In this document: positions 62,868 through 64,000 of the stretch, piece by piece
Layout: each line of letters opens with the position of its first letter
Position numbering within the stretch: the stretch's first letter is position 1
Assembly: GCA_958349325.1 (NCBI GenBank)
Contig: CATWCP010000003.1
Coordinates: forward strand, 2,899 to 66,898
Length of the DNA: 64,000 nt
Source of the DNA: an uncultured Collinsella sp.
GTDB lineage: Bacteria; Actinomycetota; Coriobacteriia; Coriobacteriales; Coriobacteriaceae
Direction: 5' to 3'
The notes under the pieces: generated by a model
Database searches by the model: none
The model's input: only the letters and a program-made list of their open reading frames with translations
What the model was told of the DNA's origin: nothing
Translations under genes and position numbers: made by a program

Positions 62868-64000
62868 CTAACCCATCCAACTAGAGGACAGAGGACCGGC
62901 GACGACGACCATGATCATGAGGACGACGAACACGAACGCCATGGCGCGCGGAAGGGGCTGGCCGGCGGCCACGGTCTCACTCGGCTCACCGGGCAGGACC
63001 TTACCCATCCAACGCAGGAACCATGCGAAGGTGGCGACGGTCTCGACGACCATGACGCACACGAGGACAAAGATGACCGTGTTGGTAGCACCAACCGCGA
63101 AGCCACCGGAAATGATCTGGAACTTGGAAAAGAACGTGCTCATGGGGGGCACGCCGGCGATAGCGGTCGCGGCGACCGCAAAGCCCACGCCCGTGACTGG
63201 GTACTTCTTCATGAGGCCCTGGATCTTGGGCAGCATACGGGTTCCCAGCGTGAAGCTGAGAGAGCCAGCGATGAGGAAGAACAGGGTCTTGGTGAACGCG
63301 TGGTTGAAGATGTGCTCGACGGCGCCGTTAAACGCCATCTGGCTTCCGAACACGGAGAGGCCCAGGCCAAAGAACACGTAGGCGAGCTGCGCGATCGTCG
63401 AGAAGGCGAGCAGGCGCTTCATATCCTTCTGGGGCAGGTACATGAGGAAGCCGAAGAGCATGGTCACGACGGCGTCGATGATGGCGACCCAACCGACGAT
63501 CTCGGGGATATCGCCGGCGCTCGCAAGAGCGCGGGCGAACACGCACACGCCGACCTTAACCATGGACGCGCCATGAAGGTAGGCGGAAACGGGCGTGGGG
63601 GCCTCCATTGCGGAGGGCAGCCACATGTAGAGCGGGAACTGGGCGGACTTGGCCCAAGCAGCGAACAGGATGAGCAGCAGCACGACGGTCTTCATACCGG
63701 AATCGAGCTGGGAGATCGCGCTCAGCGCGAACGTGCCGGTTCCGGCGAACAGGAAGGCCGCGCCGATGTAGAGTCCCAGAGCGCCGATATGGGTGATGAT
63801 GAGCGCCTTCATACCGGCCTTCTTGGCCGTGGGCGTCATGTAGTAGCTGATGAGGCCCCAGGAGCACACACCGGTGATCTCGAAGAAAACGAGCTGGCCG
63901 ACGATGGTGGAGCTGTAGGCGAGACCGGCCATGGCGCCGATGAACGTGGAGAAGTACACGTAGAAGCGACGACGGGGCGCGTCGGGATGCTCCTTATTCT
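62868..64000 (-). CDS. hyfD: Hydrogenase-4 antiporter-like subunit D (5' end outside the window)
   Basis: AKSAQFPLYMWLPSAMEAPTPVSAYLH motif; position upstream of hyfE. Confidence 0.85.
   Translation of the reverse strand, partial: NKEHPDAPRRRFYVYFSTFIGAMAGLAYSSTIVGQLVFFEITGVCSWGLISYYMTPTAKKAGMKALIITHIGALGLYIGAAFLFAGTGTFALSAISQLDSGMKTVVLLLILFAAWAKSAQFPLYMWLPSAMEAPTPVSAYLHGASMVKVGVCVFARALASAGDIPEIVGWVAIIDAVVTMLFGFLMYLPQKDMKRLLAFSTIAQLAYVFFGLGLSVFGSQMAFNGAVEHIFNHAFTKTLFFLIAGSLSFTLGTRMLPKIQGLMKKYPVTGVGFAVAATAIAGVPPMSTFFSKFQIISGGFAVGATNTVIFVLVCVMVVETVATFAWFLRWMGKVLPGEPSETVAAGQPLPRAMAFVFVVLMIMVVVAGPLSSSWMG

Overview
This is a GC-rich chromosomal window from an anaerobic actinobacterium; gene content and intergenic repeats suggest Coriobacteriia, probably Collinsella (inference). 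It opens with a Gram-positive-type pel exopolysaccharide operon (pelD-E-A(DA)-F-G plus a CotH-like lipoprotein, 1-8.4 kb). Next comes a defence-like island (8.8-18.5 kb, visibly AT-richer from about 10.7 kb) with a RloA/RloB-like ATPase pair, a retron, a membrane protein with lysozyme-like motifs and a DUF3800 gene. The main finding is that retron: a readable msr/msd ncRNA at about 14424-14590, an NDT-like effector and a retron RT. Its effector is split in frame by a decayed IS1595-family element (24-bp IRs, 8-bp TSD TTTTTTAA) that carries an orphan RelB-like antitoxin. Further on are a transglutaminase/ricin-lectin gene cut by IS256, thrS, and a ~3.2-kb prophage remnant (integrase stub, MqsR/MqsA-Panacea-like TA pair, cI and a frameshifted cro) flanked by a repeat array. 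Housekeeping genes follow (G3P-dehydrogenase-like trio, Xaa-Pro peptidase, folC, valS, clpX, clpP, tig, tRNA-Leu, xanthine dehydrogenase-like pair, gdhA). The window ends with a selenium/formate-hydrogenlyase cluster (mobA, an atypical tRNA-Sec, selB, selA, a Cys-type molybdoenzyme, a formate channel and a Hyf-type group 4 [NiFe] hydrogenase running off the right end). Several intergenic hairpin families have conserved cores but different arms. All product calls come from recognising motifs by eye; no database searches were run.
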